The notes under the pieces are model-generated. The model was not told where the DNA came from. It ran no database searches and saw only the letters and a list, made by a program, of their open reading frames with translations. A stretch of 64,000 nt of DNA, taken from Octopus sinensis (Eukaryota). Of this stretch, positions 12,726 through 24,170 are shown in pieces. The DNA lies in contig NC_043021.1 of assembly GCF_006345805.1 (NCBI RefSeq), positions 11,408,001-11,472,000 on the forward strand. The letters run 5' to 3'. The stretch's first letter is position 1. Each line of letters opens with the position of its first letter. Made by a program: the position numbers and the translations under genes.

Positions 12726-13370
12726 AGATAAATTTCCTCTATTTACATAATATTGAGGTCTCTTTCTTTCTTTTGTTATCTTACCGTTTTTACCAATATA
12801 TATATATATATATAGCAAAATAAAGATTCAGATAGAATTGGGTACTTGAAAAGATATGCACCTAATTAGGGTTGGATAAACCTGTGCATACCGGCAATGG
12901 TTGATAAGTATCAAATAAAATATTACGGTTGAGTACACAGGAGACCAACCATATGAGTATTTAGGCCTATAAGCTGGTGCAAAGCATGTTTTACGTTCAT
13001 TGTTAGCTTCAACAGGCTTCAGCCAAGTCCTTGCCATACTCTTGGGATATTCTTTTGTTTGTATAATTACATTTCATCTGATGATTACAGTCTTTTGTAA
13101 CAAAGTAATGTTCGCACTCTTCTATTAAAAATGCATAGAAATAGCTGTAATGAGGCTGACAGTTATCCATCATCTGTAATTATTCATTTGATTATATATA
13201 TATACACACACACAACTATATATAATATATATACCTATATATATATTACACCTACCAACATATATATACACAAATAACATACATATATATACACACACAT
13301 GTATATACATACATACACACATATACATACGTACATATATATATGTACACATACATATTTACATATAATT

Positions 13371-13771
13371 CTTTTACTCTTTACATGTTTCGTCATTTGA
13401 CTGCGGCATGTTGGAGCACCGACCTTTATCGAGCAAATCGACCCCGGGACTCATTCTTTGTGAGCCCAGTACTTATCTATCGTTTTTTTGCCGAACCGCT
13501 AAGGGACGGACGTAAAACACACCAGCATCGGTTGTCAAAGCAATGCTAAGGGGTACAAACAACAGACACACAAACACATACACATACATACAATACATAT
13601 ATATACATATATACGACAGGCTCTTTCAGTTTCTGTCGACCAAATCCCACTCCACAAGGCATTGGTCGGCTGGGGGATAAGCAGATGACACTTGCCCAAG
13701 ATGCCACGCCGTGGGACTGACCCGGAACCATGTGGTTGCGTTAGCAAGCTACTTACACACAGCCACTCCTG
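13371..13771 (-). mobile_element. SINE family A with small indels
   Basis: Similarity to the family A unit. Confidence 0.75.
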
Positions 13772-13904
13772 TGGCGGTTGTGATTATCTACACACAATAC
13801 ATATATACATATGTACATATATATACAGACATATTTACATTATATCAATAAATACACACGAATATATAAATATATATATAGCTTCACACAAATACACAAG
13901 TATA

Positions 13905-14146
13905 TATAAAGCCCATCGTGTATGTCCGAAGTCAGGACGCCATGATAGATCGTTAGCTCCCACACGCATTTTTTTCCCGCCTTTTTTCTCTCCTTGTTTT
14001 TTTCTGTCTATCTTTCTGTCGAAGAGCATAGGCTCGAAACGCAAAAGACTTGTTCTATTTCTATTCTTGAGAGCTATACTAATACCTTTGTTTGTTTGTA
14101 CTCCACCTGCCTTCGTCTTTTGTTTATTTTCGTAAACTTTCCCATT
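13905..14146 (+). mobile_element. Penelope-like pseudo-LTR remnant with variant hammerhead-like core
   Basis: TCTTT-CTGTCGA-A-GAGC ATAG GCTC-GAAAC-GCA-AAAGA at 14011-14048; homologous segments at 26325-26365 (-) and 57312-57350. Confidence 0.5.
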
Positions 14147-14395
14147 ATATATATATATATCTGTGTGTGTGTGTTTTTGTGTCTGTATTCGCCCCCACCA
14201 CCACTGCTTGACAACCAGTGCTGGTGTTTATGTCCCTGTAACTTAGTGGTTCAGCTAAAGAGACCGATTAAATTAGTACTGGGCTTATAAATAGTTAGCA
14301 CTGGTCAATGCATACAACTAAAGATTCAAGGCGATGCCCCAGCATGACCACAGTCTAATGACTAAAACAAGTAAAACATAAAAGATATATATATA

Positions 14396-14782
14396 GGCGC
14401 AGGTGTGGCTGTGTGGTAAGTAGCTTGCTAACCAACCACATGGTTCCGGGTTCAGTCCCACTGCGTAGCATCTTGGGCAAGTGTCTTCTGCTATAGCCCC
14501 GGGCCGACCAATGCCTTGTGAGTGGATTTGGTAGACGGAAACTGAAAGAAGCCTGTCGTATATATATATATATATATATGTGTGTGTCTGTGTTTGTCTC
14601 CCTAGCATCGCTTGACAACCGATGCTGGTGTGTTTACGTCCCCGTCACATAGCGGTTCGGCAAAAAAGAGACCGATAGAATAAGTACTGGGCTTACAAAA
14701 AATAAGTCCCGGGGTCGAGTTGCTCGATTAAAGGCGGTGCTCCAGCATGGCCGCAGTCAAATGACTGAAACAAGTAAAAGAG
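14396..14782 (+). mobile_element. SINE family A, full length
   Basis: Head, linker and tail present. Confidence 0.85.
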
Positions 14783-14796
14783 AAAGAGAGAATATA

Positions 14797-14829
<33 letters not shown>

Positions 14830-15159
14830 ACGGGCTTCTTTCAGTTTCCATCAACAAAATATACTCACAAGGCTTTGGTTGGCCTTGGGGCTACAATAAA
14901 AGACATTTGCCAGGCAGTGGGACTGAACCTGGAGCCATGTGGTTGGGAAGCAAACTTCTCGTAACATAGCCATATCTGGTCACTTAGTGTCCGGGGGGGG
15001 GGTAATGAGTGGAAGTGGATGGTGTCAGGTAGTGCAAACGTGCAGAGAATATGGCACGTGGCCTTCATTCACATCCGTGTCTCCTCATTTCCCATTCTTG
15101 GCAGACAAGAATATTTTGAAGTGAGAGAGAACTTGTTTTATCTATCTTTCATGTTCACG

Positions 15160-15660
15160 CCACCGCCACCACCACCACCACCACCATTACCAACATCATC
15201 ACTACCATCACCACCACCATTATCAGTACAATCGGTGGTAAAACCACCATCATACTACCACTATCATCACTGTCACCACAGAACCACCACTATCACCACT
15301 ACTGCCGCCACAACCACCACCACCACTGCCATCATTGCCACTATCACCACTACCACCATTACCACCACCACTGTTGTCACCACTATCATCATACCACCAT
15401 AACCACCACCACCACTGTCATCACTGTCACCACTATCACCAGCAGAACCACCACCACTGCCATCATTGCCACTATCACCACTACCACCATTACCACCACC
15501 ACAACCACTGTTGTCACCACCACGATTACCACCATAACCACAACCACCACCACTGTCATCACTATCACCAGCAGAACCACCACCACCACTACAGCTATCA
15601 TTGCCACTATCACCACTACCACCACCACCACCATTACCGTCACCACCATCATTGCCGCCA
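15160..15660. repeat. (ACC/CAT)n low-complexity repeat with ~120-bp duplications
   Basis: Repeated CCACCACTGCCATCATTGCCACTATCACCACTACCACC. Confidence 0.9.
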
Positions 15661-15963
15661 TGTCAAATGACTCATGCCTTTTGCACACACACACACACAC
15701 ACACTGACATAAACACCCACATAACAATACAACAAGGCATTCATGAGACTTTCAATCCATATAAACCAATGAGAGAGAGACAAACAGACAGACGGGCGAA
15801 CCCTATTCAGTGGTTCGTAACTGGGGCCCGAATGACCCTTGCTGGTTCGTGTAAGATTTTGTTGTTGAAGTCTATGTGCAATAAAGTGGTTATACTCCAA
15901 TGCTCAAAAATACCTGAACAATTCTTTATATAATTCCGAATAATGTTTGATTATAAAAAAAAA

Positions 15964-16170
15964 AGGCGGCAAGCTGGTAGAATCATTAGCACGTGGGGCA
16001 TAATACTTAGCGGCGTTTTGACTGCTTTTACATTCTGAGTTCAAATCCCGCCGAGGTCGACTTTACTTTTCATCCTCGTGGGGTGGTGGGGGTGGAGGCA
16101 ATAAAATATGTACCAGTTACGCACTGGGGTCGATACAATCAATCAGTCCCATCCTCCAAATTTCAAGCCT
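15964..16170 (+). mobile_element. SINE family B, diverged
   Basis: AGGCGGCAAGCTGGTAGAATC head and GAGGTCGACTTT body. Confidence 0.65.
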
Positions 16171-16199
16171 TGTAACCTATATTGTACAAAATCGGAGAA

Positions 16200-16368
16200 A
16201 ATGATGAGTGTATAAAATCATAAATGACGAAGAAATAGTTTTATGAAATTCTAATACCATGACAAATTGCTATGAGACAATTTGTCATGGTAACAGAATT
16301 TTCTTATTGTTAAATAAAATTTCATAAAACTATTTCTTCGTCATTTATGACTTTGTATACTCATTATT
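16200..16368. repeat. Nested inverted repeat (outer ~50-bp arms, inner 15-bp hairpin)
   Basis: Outer arms 16200-16250 and 16318-16368; inner arms 16255-16269 and 16278-16292. Confidence 0.85.
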
Positions 16369-16385
16369 TTTTCTTATACACATAC

Positions 16386-16426
<41 letters not shown>

Positions 16427-16589
16427 GTATTGGTATCTAGAAGACACAAAGAGTAGTAGGTAATGCTAAGTAAGTGCTAAGGACAGACCATAGTTAAACG
16501 CTTGGTTCGATAGTGATACAAATGAGGAGTTTAATTGGGTCATGTATTAGCATGCATAGAATATATATATATGTATATATATATCCATG

Positions 16590-16853
16590 GCTGTTGCCAG
16601 CCTTGCCTGGCCTCCGTGCCGGTGGCACGTAAAAAGCACCATCTGATTGTGGCCGTTTGCCAGCCTTATCTGGCACGTAAAAAGCACCCACTACACTCTC
16701 GGGGTGGTTGGCATTAGGAAGGGCATCCAACTGTAGAAACATTGCGAAATCAGACTGGGCCTGGTGCAGCCTTCTGGCTTCCCAGACCCCAGTTGAACCG
16801 TCCAACCCGTGCTAGCATGGAAAGCGGACGCTAAACAATGATGATGATGATTG
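16590..16853 (+). mobile_element. SINE-like family C, 5'-truncated
   Basis: Core plus (GAT)n tail. Confidence 0.8.
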
Positions 16854-16915
16854 ATAGAAATGGTAAGACAACAAAAGAATGAAAGAGCCCTTGATATTGT
16901 GTAAATAGAGGAACT

Positions 16916-17086
16916 TATCTGTAAACATGATATGTGATAATTATTCGGTAACCATGATAAAACACAGAGTTTCAGATGTTGATGGTTGGATAACTGAAGA
17001 GATGGCAGCATGGGTTTCCGCCCCGACATCCAAAACTCGGAGTTTTATCATGGCTACTGAATAATTGTCACATTATGTTTACAGAT
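16916..17086 (+). mobile_element. Fold-back PLE-like remnant with a mutated hammerhead (16988-17049)
   Basis: GATAA-CTGAAGA-GATG..CATC-C-AAAAC-TCGGA-GTT-TTATC; the expected GAAAC reads AAAAC. Confidence 0.55.
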
Positions 17087-17092
17087 ATATAT

Positions 17093-17533
17093 ATATAAAT
17101 ACAGTGTACATTTAAACACATAAGAGGTATCCATTACAGGACTCCTTGCACGCTAGAGAGAACAGTTAAATTCCAAACCACTATAAGGGATAAAATTTCG
17201 AAGGGAATGAAAAATAAAAACATTTACCATCTAACTCCTGGACCAATGGTTTCAGACTTTTTTTTAGCAAATAAAATAATTTGCTAGGCGAAGTCTTCAT
17301 CAGCAGGTACACCTTAGATTAAATATATATACACGAGGCAATCCAGTATATGCCCCGTGCTTATACATTCTAATTTTTCAAATCTACCACGCAAGATGGT
17401 AAATGTTTTTATTTTTCATTCCCTTCGAAATTTTATCCCTAATAGTGGTTTGGAATTTCACTGTTCTCTCTAGCATGCAAGGAGTCCGGTGATGGATGCC
17501 TCTTATGTATTTAAATGTACACTGTATTTATAT
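17093..17533. mobile_element. Fold-back element with 140-bp arms (7 mismatches) flanking a ribozyme-containing spacer
   Basis: Arms 17093-17232 and 17394-17533 are reverse complements; lies in TA-rich context. Confidence 0.85.
17229..17319 (-). ncRNA. Type I hammerhead ribozyme (full consensus core)
   Basis: Minus strand: AUCUAA ggugua CCUG-CUGAUGA-AGAC..UAGCAAAU hairpin..GUCU-GAAAC-cauug-GUC-CAGG ag UUAGAU. Stems I, II and III all pair; predicted cut between 17241 and 17240. Confidence 0.75.
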
Positions 17534-17666
17534 GAATAATATATAGTCTATTGACTAAATTTTTACACGCTAGGCCACTGGTAATGGAAATTTATATATA
17601 TTAATATTATATATATATATTATATATATATATTATATATATATGTATTAGACAAAAACAGATAAA

Positions 17667-17852
17667 AAAGCCAATGCTGTGAGGAGTTTTCAGGACATTC
17701 ATAAGGAAAGAAATATAATCTTACAGCTGTTTCTGGGATATTATGGATATCCCTTCATCAGAGACGATGTAAGATTGCTGAATAGAGGTAAACAGTTGTA
17801 AGACTATATCTCTTTCCTTATAAATGTCCTGAAAACTCACAGCCTTGGCTTT
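17667..17852 (-). mobile_element. Fold-back element (~65-bp arms) carrying a minimal hammerhead-like motif (17718-17766)
   Basis: Minus strand: UCU-CUGAUGA-a-GGGAUAU ccaua AUAUCCC-a-GAAAC-agcu-GUA-AGA; palindromic ACAGCUGU helix III. Confidence 0.6.
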
Positions 17853-17891
17853 GTTATCTATTTTTGTCGTATATATATATACATACATATA

Positions 17892-18229
17892 CATGGCTCA
17901 GTGGTTAGAGCGTCGAGCTTACGATCGTGAGGTTGTGAGCTCGAATCCCGGACCAGGCTGCGTGTTGTGTTCTCAAGCAAGGCACTTTATTTCACGTTGC
18001 TCCAGTTCACTCAGCTGTAGAAATGAGGTGCGACGTCACTGGTGCCAAGCTGTATCGACCTTTGTCTTTCCCTTGGATAAACACTCGTGACGTGGAGAGG
18101 GGAGGCTGGTATGCATGGGCGACTGCTGGCCTTCCATAAACAACCTTGCCCGGACTTGTGTCTAGGAGGGTAACTTTCTAGGTGCAATCCCATGGTCATT
18201 CATGACAGAAGGGGGTCTTTACCCTTTAC
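17892..18229 (+). mobile_element. tRNA-headed SINE family E (core-domain-like body)
   Basis: TGGCTCAGTGG A-box, GCTCGAATCCC B-box-like, GCAAGGCACTTTATTTCACGTTGCTCCAG body. Confidence 0.75.
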
Positions 18230-18262
<33 letters not shown>

Positions 18263-18681
18263 GGGATGGCTTTGAGGTGAGAAGTTTGCTTTCCAAGAAC
18301 AATGGCTTAGTTCAGTCCCACTGTGTGGCATCTCAGGGAAATTGCCTTTTGCTACAGCCCTGGGCTGACCAAAGCCTTGTGAGTGGATTTGGTAGATGGA
18401 AACTAAAAAGAAGCCTGTTGTAAATGTGTGTATGTGAGTGTTTCCTAGTGTGTGTGTGTATGTTTCCTAGCTTGATATGGGATAGTCGTAAACAAGTGGC
18501 ACCGCCACACAAGCATTTCCAATATTCTGCAAAAACACATTTCACAACAAGGTGAAGGGGAGAGGAGAAATACTAGCTTGCTTTGAAAGCAGTTGAGGGT
18601 TGGAGATAGGAAAGGCACCCAGCCATAGAAAATCTGCTTCAGAAAACTACATCTGACCCATGAAGGCATGGAAAAGTGTGA

Positions 18682-19086
18682 GGCGCAGGAGTGGCTGTGT
18701 GGTAAGTAGCTTGTCTACCAACCACATGGCTCCGGGTTCAGTCCCACTGCGTGGCACCTCGGGCAAGTGTCTTCTACTATAGCCTCGGGCAGACCAAAGC
18801 CTTGTGAGTGGATTTGGTAGACGGAAACTGAAAGAAGCCCGTCGTATATATGTATTTATATATGTGCGTGTGTGTGTTTGTGTGTCTGAGTTTGTCCCCC
18901 CTAGTATTGCTTGACAACCGATGCTGGTGTGTTTATGTCCCCGTCACTTAGCGGTTCGGCAAAAGAGACCGATAGAATAAGTACTGGGCTTACAAAAGAA
19001 TAAGTCCCAGGGTCGAGTTGCTCGACTAAAGGCGGTGCTCCAGCATGGCCGCAGTCAAATGACTGAAACAAGTAAAAGAGTAAAAG
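18682..19086 (+). mobile_element. SINE family A, full length
   Basis: Head, linker and tail present. Confidence 0.85.
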
Positions 19087-19227
19087 TTAAAATTATGATG
19101 TTGACCATCTAACATCATCATCGTGAAATACAATTTTCACCGATACAAACCATCACCGTTCTCTTTAGATTTTGCATTTTTGTATTTTTTACCTAAAATT
19201 CTGGAGTTTAATAAATTTAACTATGTT

Positions 19228-19657
19228 AAGCACCATCCATTTATGTCCGTTGCCAGCCTCGCCTGGCCCCCGTGCCAGTGACACGTAAAAGCACCATCCG
19301 TTCGTGGCCGTTTGCCAGCTCTGTCTGGCCCCCGTGTCGGTGGCACGTAAAAGCACCATACGTTCGTGTCCGATGCCAGCCTCGCCTGGCCCCCCCCCCC
19401 CCGTGCCGGTGACACATAAAAGCACCATCCGTTTCGTGGCCGTTTGCCAGCTCTGTCTGGCACCTGTGCGGGTGGCATGTAAAAAGCACCCACTACACTC
19501 ACGGAGTTGTTGGCGTTAGGAAGGGCATCCAGCCGTAGAAACACTGCCAGATCTGACTGGGCCTGATGAAGCCTTCCGGCTTCACAGACCCCAGTTGAAC
19601 CATCCAACCCATGCTAGCATGGAAAACGGATGCTAAATGATGATGATGATGATGATG
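19228..19657 (+). mobile_element. SINE-like family C with 4-5 internal tandem units
   Basis: Repeated GTGGCACGTAAAAGCACCATCCGTTCGTGGCCGTTTGCCAGC; (GAT)n tail. Confidence 0.8.
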
Positions 19658-19819
19658 AATTCAATACAGATAATGGGACAAGTTTTTGGGAAAGGAGTGT
19701 ACAGTTGGAATTTTTTTGCCATTGATCATTTGTTGGTGTCAGACAAAGCAGAAAATACATCCGTATGCAAAGAGTCGTGTTTCTCTATGTTTATAATGGA
19801 TGAATGAAATTTTGCTGAG

Positions 19820-20400
19820 AAATAGGGGGAGAGAGAGAGAGAGAGAGGGGTGGGGAGAGAATGGGAAGATGGGAGAGAAAGAGAATGAGTGAGAATGAGA
19901 GGGGGAGAGAGGGGAGAGATACAGAAGGAGAATGAGAGAGAATGGGTAAGAGAGCAGGGGAGAGACAGAGAGGGAGAATGAGAGAGGGGGAGAGACACAG
20001 AAGGAGAATGAGAGAGAATGAGTGAGAATATGAGAGAGAGAGCAGGAGAGAGACAGAGAGGGAGAATGAGAGAGAGGGAGAGATACAGAAGGAGAATGAG
20101 AGAGAATGAGGGAGAATGAGAGAGAATGAGTGAGAATGTGAGAGAGAGAGAGCATGGGAGAGACAGAGAGGCAGAATGAGAGAGGGGGAGAGAGGGAGAG
20201 ATACAAAAGGAGAATGAGAGAGAGAGAGCAGGGGAGAGACAGATAGGGGAGAATGAGAGAGGGGGAGAGAGGGAGAGATACAGAAGGAGAATGAGTGAGA
20301 AAGCGCAGGGGAGAGACAAAGAGGGAGAATGAGAGAGAGAGAATGAGTTGAATGAGAAGAAAGAGAGCGAGAATGGGAAAGAGAGAAAAAGGGAGAGCAG
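19820..20400. repeat. GA-rich polypurine minisatellite
   Basis: Repeated GAGATACAGAAGGAGAATGAGAGAGAATGAG units. Confidence 0.9.
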
Positions 20401-20813
20401 TTATAATCAGGATTGGATGGCATTTTATTATAAAAAGCCGGATCTAAATTACGATTATGATGATGATGATGATGATTCACATAATGTGAATAAGTTCTTA
20501 ATTCTTCCACTCGAATTTCCTTCCTTTCTTCTCTCACATAAAGAAAAAAAAACTGGTTTTTCTCACTGATTCTTGAGCCAGAATAAAGAAGTTTTCAATA
20601 AGTCACTCGACTTGCTAGAAATAGCAGCCACATTTCCTACAAATCACTTCCCACCATTTCTATTTTTTTAAAATGGTGTTTGGGCGGTGGTGGTGAGGTG
20701 ATCCAATAAGGGTGAAAAATTGAATATTAATTTGATTAATATCAATTTAAAACCAGTGGTCTAGCATATTGAAAAGTCTGAAGTTTCAGAAAAAATTATA
20801 TTACATACATATA

Positions 20814-21222
20814 GGCGCAGGAGTGGCTGTGTGGTAAGTAGCTTGCTTACGAACCACATGGTTTCAGGTTCAGTCCCACTGCGTGGCACCTTGGGCAAGT
20901 GTCTTCTACTATAGCCTCAGGCTGACCAAAGCCTTGTGAGTGGATTTGGTAGACGGAAACTGAAAGAAGCCCGTCGTATATATGTATATGTATATATACG
21001 TGTGTTTGTGTGTGTCTGTGTTTGTCCCCCCAACATCACTTGACAACCGATTTGTGTGTTTACGTCCCCGTAACTTAGCGGTTCGACAAAAAGAGACCGA
21101 TAGATTAAGTACTAGGCTTACAAAGAATAAGTCCTGGGGTAGATTTGTTCGACTAAAGGTGGTGCTCCAGCATGGCCACAGTCACATGACTGAAACAAGT
21201 AAAAGAGTAAAAGAGTAAAGAG
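20814..21222 (+). mobile_element. SINE family A, full length
   Basis: Head, linker and tail present. Confidence 0.85.
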
Positions 21223-21360
21223 TATAAGAGGGATGACCTGTAAGTGGACATCCATTATGCTAGAAGAAGATCCGCTATGGTCTTACCATTCCTTTGTTAG
21301 TGGTAAGACCATAGATCTTCTAGCATAATGGATGTCCACTTACAGTTCATCCCTCTTATA
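21223..21360. repeat. 138-bp near-perfect palindrome (45-bp outer arms plus 14-bp inner arms)
   Basis: 21223-21267 pairs with 21316-21360 (1 mismatch); 21275-21288 pairs with 21301-21314. Confidence 0.9.
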
Positions 21361-21509
21361 TAATAGTTTCACTTTAATAGTTTCAGTATTAAAGTGAAAG
21401 CATCTGACATTACAATACAGAGATGTTTTTGTTTCACTTTTGACACGCAATACTGAAATAGTGGAGAAGATATGATATTGCTGTAGGCTCGCACTAAGCA
21501 AGAAGCTCT

Positions 21510-22060
21510 TCACAGTTGTTGGACCAAAATGAAGTACCAAAAACCTTCCCTAAATTCAAGCTCTTCAAAAAGAAGGTTATGGTGACTGTTTGGTGATGAA
21601 CTGCTGAACTCATCCACTATAACTTCTTAAAATCCAGGCAAACCATTACTGCAGAAACATATTGCAATGAAATTGCAAAAATGAGTGAAAAACTGCTACT
21701 CCACTGTCCCAGACTAATTTTTAAAAAAGAGGGTCAAACATTCATCAAAACAATGCTTGACCACACATTTCCCTAATGACACTCCAGAAGCTGAGGGAAA
21801 CTTGGCTACGAACTTCTTCCTGACTCAGCTTATTCCCCAGACCTTTCTCCTGCTGACTACCAATTTTTCAAGCACCTTCATGGCTTCCTGTAGCGGAGTT
21901 CAAAAGTCAAACCGATGCTGAAAGTGTGTTCAAAGAGTTCATCAGCTCCAGAACTCCAGATTTTTATGTTACCAGAATAAACAAACTTGTAACTTGTTGG
22001 TGAAAATGTGTTGATTGTAACGGTACTTACTTTGATGAATAAAATTTCCATATTGTTGAA
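21510..22060 (+). pseudogene. Decayed mariner (Hsmar1/SETMAR-like) transposase, C-terminal half
   Basis: Remnants of KKVMVTVW, HYNFLKxGxTITAExYC and YSPDLSPADYxFFKHL motifs, with stops and frameshifts. Confidence 0.7.
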
Positions 22061-22898
22061 ATGTATTGTGATGAATTTTATGTTTCAAAACGTTGCTTAC
22101 CTTTTACTCTGCCTGATATTTTGGAGGTGTGTGTTTGTGTGTTGGGAGTTTAATTCTCTCCAGCATGACTTTGAATCTAATTGTGCCATTAATCATTTGA
22201 CTTTCAGATTAGCCTGTCAAATTTAATCCTTATTTATTCACATTGTCTTGTAGCTTATCTTGTAGCTTCAACATTTCAATGTTGTGACTGTTGACTTTTA
22301 GAACAAAATTGTAGGGTAGGTGTGAGGGACCAGATCTAGCTGGTTTGAACATTAAATAGGGCCACATAAGACTGGTTTGAATAAGAAACAAGCAGAGTAT
22401 TTGGGCCTCATAAAGCTGGTTTGAGCATAAAACAGGTATAATATTTGGGCCACATACAGCCAGTTTAAATGCAAAAGGGTGGGTCAAAGGCTAGTTTTTT
22501 TGCAGTGGTCAGCTAGCATTTGTTAAGCAGATGAAATGAAATGGACAGGATGGTTGTAAAGGTACTTTTAGATCATTATTGACTTTATCATCATTATCGC
22601 TACTATTGTTCATTGAACATCACAAATACCATAACCATCATCATTATCATCAATAACAATAATTTTTTCTAATTTGGGCACGTGGCCAGCAATTTTGAGG
22701 GAACAATTCTGCCATCTTGCAGCTGTTTTCAGTAATAATAGTAGAAAGTACACGAGGTATATATAACAGGTGTTCTTAACCGGTTTTCTTTTTACCTATG
22801 GATCCCTATTTGATTGCTATTTTATTCTGGTGGACTCCCATAGCCATTCAATGTTTAAAAACTTAATTTAAACCCTAACCCTAAATTTATAGAATGTT

Positions 22899-23183
22899 AT
22901 TACCTCCGCCTTAGCGAAGGTATTGTTTTCAGTTGTGTTTGTTTGTTTGTTTGTCCATGGACAAGATATCTCAAGAACTACTGGATGGATTCTGATGAAA
23001 CTTTCAGGAATGTTTAGCCTCATGACTGGCATGAACTGATTAGATTTGGTACTGGACAGGGATTCTGGATTATTTTTCCGGTTTTTTTTTACTTAATTTT
23101 TGAGAGCAGTCGGATTCATTTTTAGCATTCTCGTTTGTGAGAGCAGTCGAGTTTATTTCAGATATTCTCATTTTAAACATCAT
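22899..23183 (+). mobile_element. HINE/DINE-1-like (Helentron-associated) element, truncated
   Basis: ATTACCTCCGCCTTAGCGAAGG start and (GTTT)n; same family as 55614-55985. Confidence 0.55.
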
Positions 23184-23189
23184 GCAGGT

Positions 23190-23440
23190 GATATGTAAAA
23201 ACACCATTTGAGCGTGGCTATTACCAGTACTGCCTGACTGGCCCTCGTGCCGGTGGCACGTAAAAGCACTCACTATGCTCTTGGAGTGATTGGCGTTAGG
23301 AAGGGCATCCAGCTGTAGAAACTCTGCCAGATCAGACTAGAGCCTGGTGCGGCCATCTGGCTCACCAGTTCCCAGTCAAACTGACCAACCCATACTAGCA
23401 TGGAAAGCAGATGTTAACCAATGATGATGATCATCATCAT
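23190..23440 (+). mobile_element. SINE-like family C
   Basis: Core plus GAT tail. Confidence 0.7.
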
Positions 23441-23647
23441 CCGTCGCAGGTGAGCTGCAAGATGCAGGAGGAAAGAGTGAGAGAAAGTTATGGCGAAAGA
23501 GTCAGCAGAAGTTCGCCATTACCTTCTGCCGGAGCCGTATGGAGCTAAGGTGTTTTGCTCATAAACACACACATCACCCGGTCTGAGATTCAAACGCGAT
23601 CCCTCGACCGTGAGTCCGCTGCTCTAACCACTAGGCCATGTGCCTCC
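23441..23647 (-). mobile_element. SINE family D, tail type 3, partial
   Basis: Matches 62222-62524. Confidence 0.7.
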
Positions 23648-24170
23648 TTGTTCGTTAATGTTTTTACACAATAATTTGTGTAGGTTGAACTATGCAAAAT
23701 GCTGGAGAAAGAAATCTTGCTGTTTCTTGCAATACAGACCAATATATACAACTAAAGCAAATACTGATGTGGATCCCTAATTTAATATTCTGTTGTGTGG
23801 ACCCGCAAACATCTGATGTGGAGCCTCAGGGGCCAAATGGACCCTGGATGAGAACCACTGGTATACAATAGAACGAAGACGGGAAGTAGGCATAATATAC
23901 AATAGTAAAAAGAAAGAGAAAAGAAGGACGATGGTGATGTGGTGTGTGTGTGTGTCTGTATTTATCTCTTTAACTGGTACAAATCAATAAATGGCATAAA
24001 CATTGGTGAGAAAACAAAATAGTACTTTCAGAGTAAAACATCTGGTAATGTTTACTCTGCCCGAGTTACACAGACACTCCCTTGTTACTCTTAGAGTCAG
24101 TAATCCAGAGAATCAATGTGAATAAACAAGCTTTACATTTGACAAAGTCATCTGAATGCTAAAGCATTAA

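Larger units (their letters stand above)
22767..23860. mobile_element. Old hAT-like MITE carrying nested insertions
   Basis: CAGGTGTTCTTAACC and GGATGAGAACCACTG termini; degraded 8-bp flanks ATATATAA / GTATACAA. Confidence 0.4.

Noticed and set aside
15019-15933. Poly-His/Thr/Pro ORFs suggestive of a metal-binding protein
   Set aside because: Trinucleotide low-complexity DNA open in many frames
22868-22885. CCCTAA telomere-like doublets (also ~10795 and ~42122)
   Set aside because: Only 2-3 units, embedded in transposon sequence
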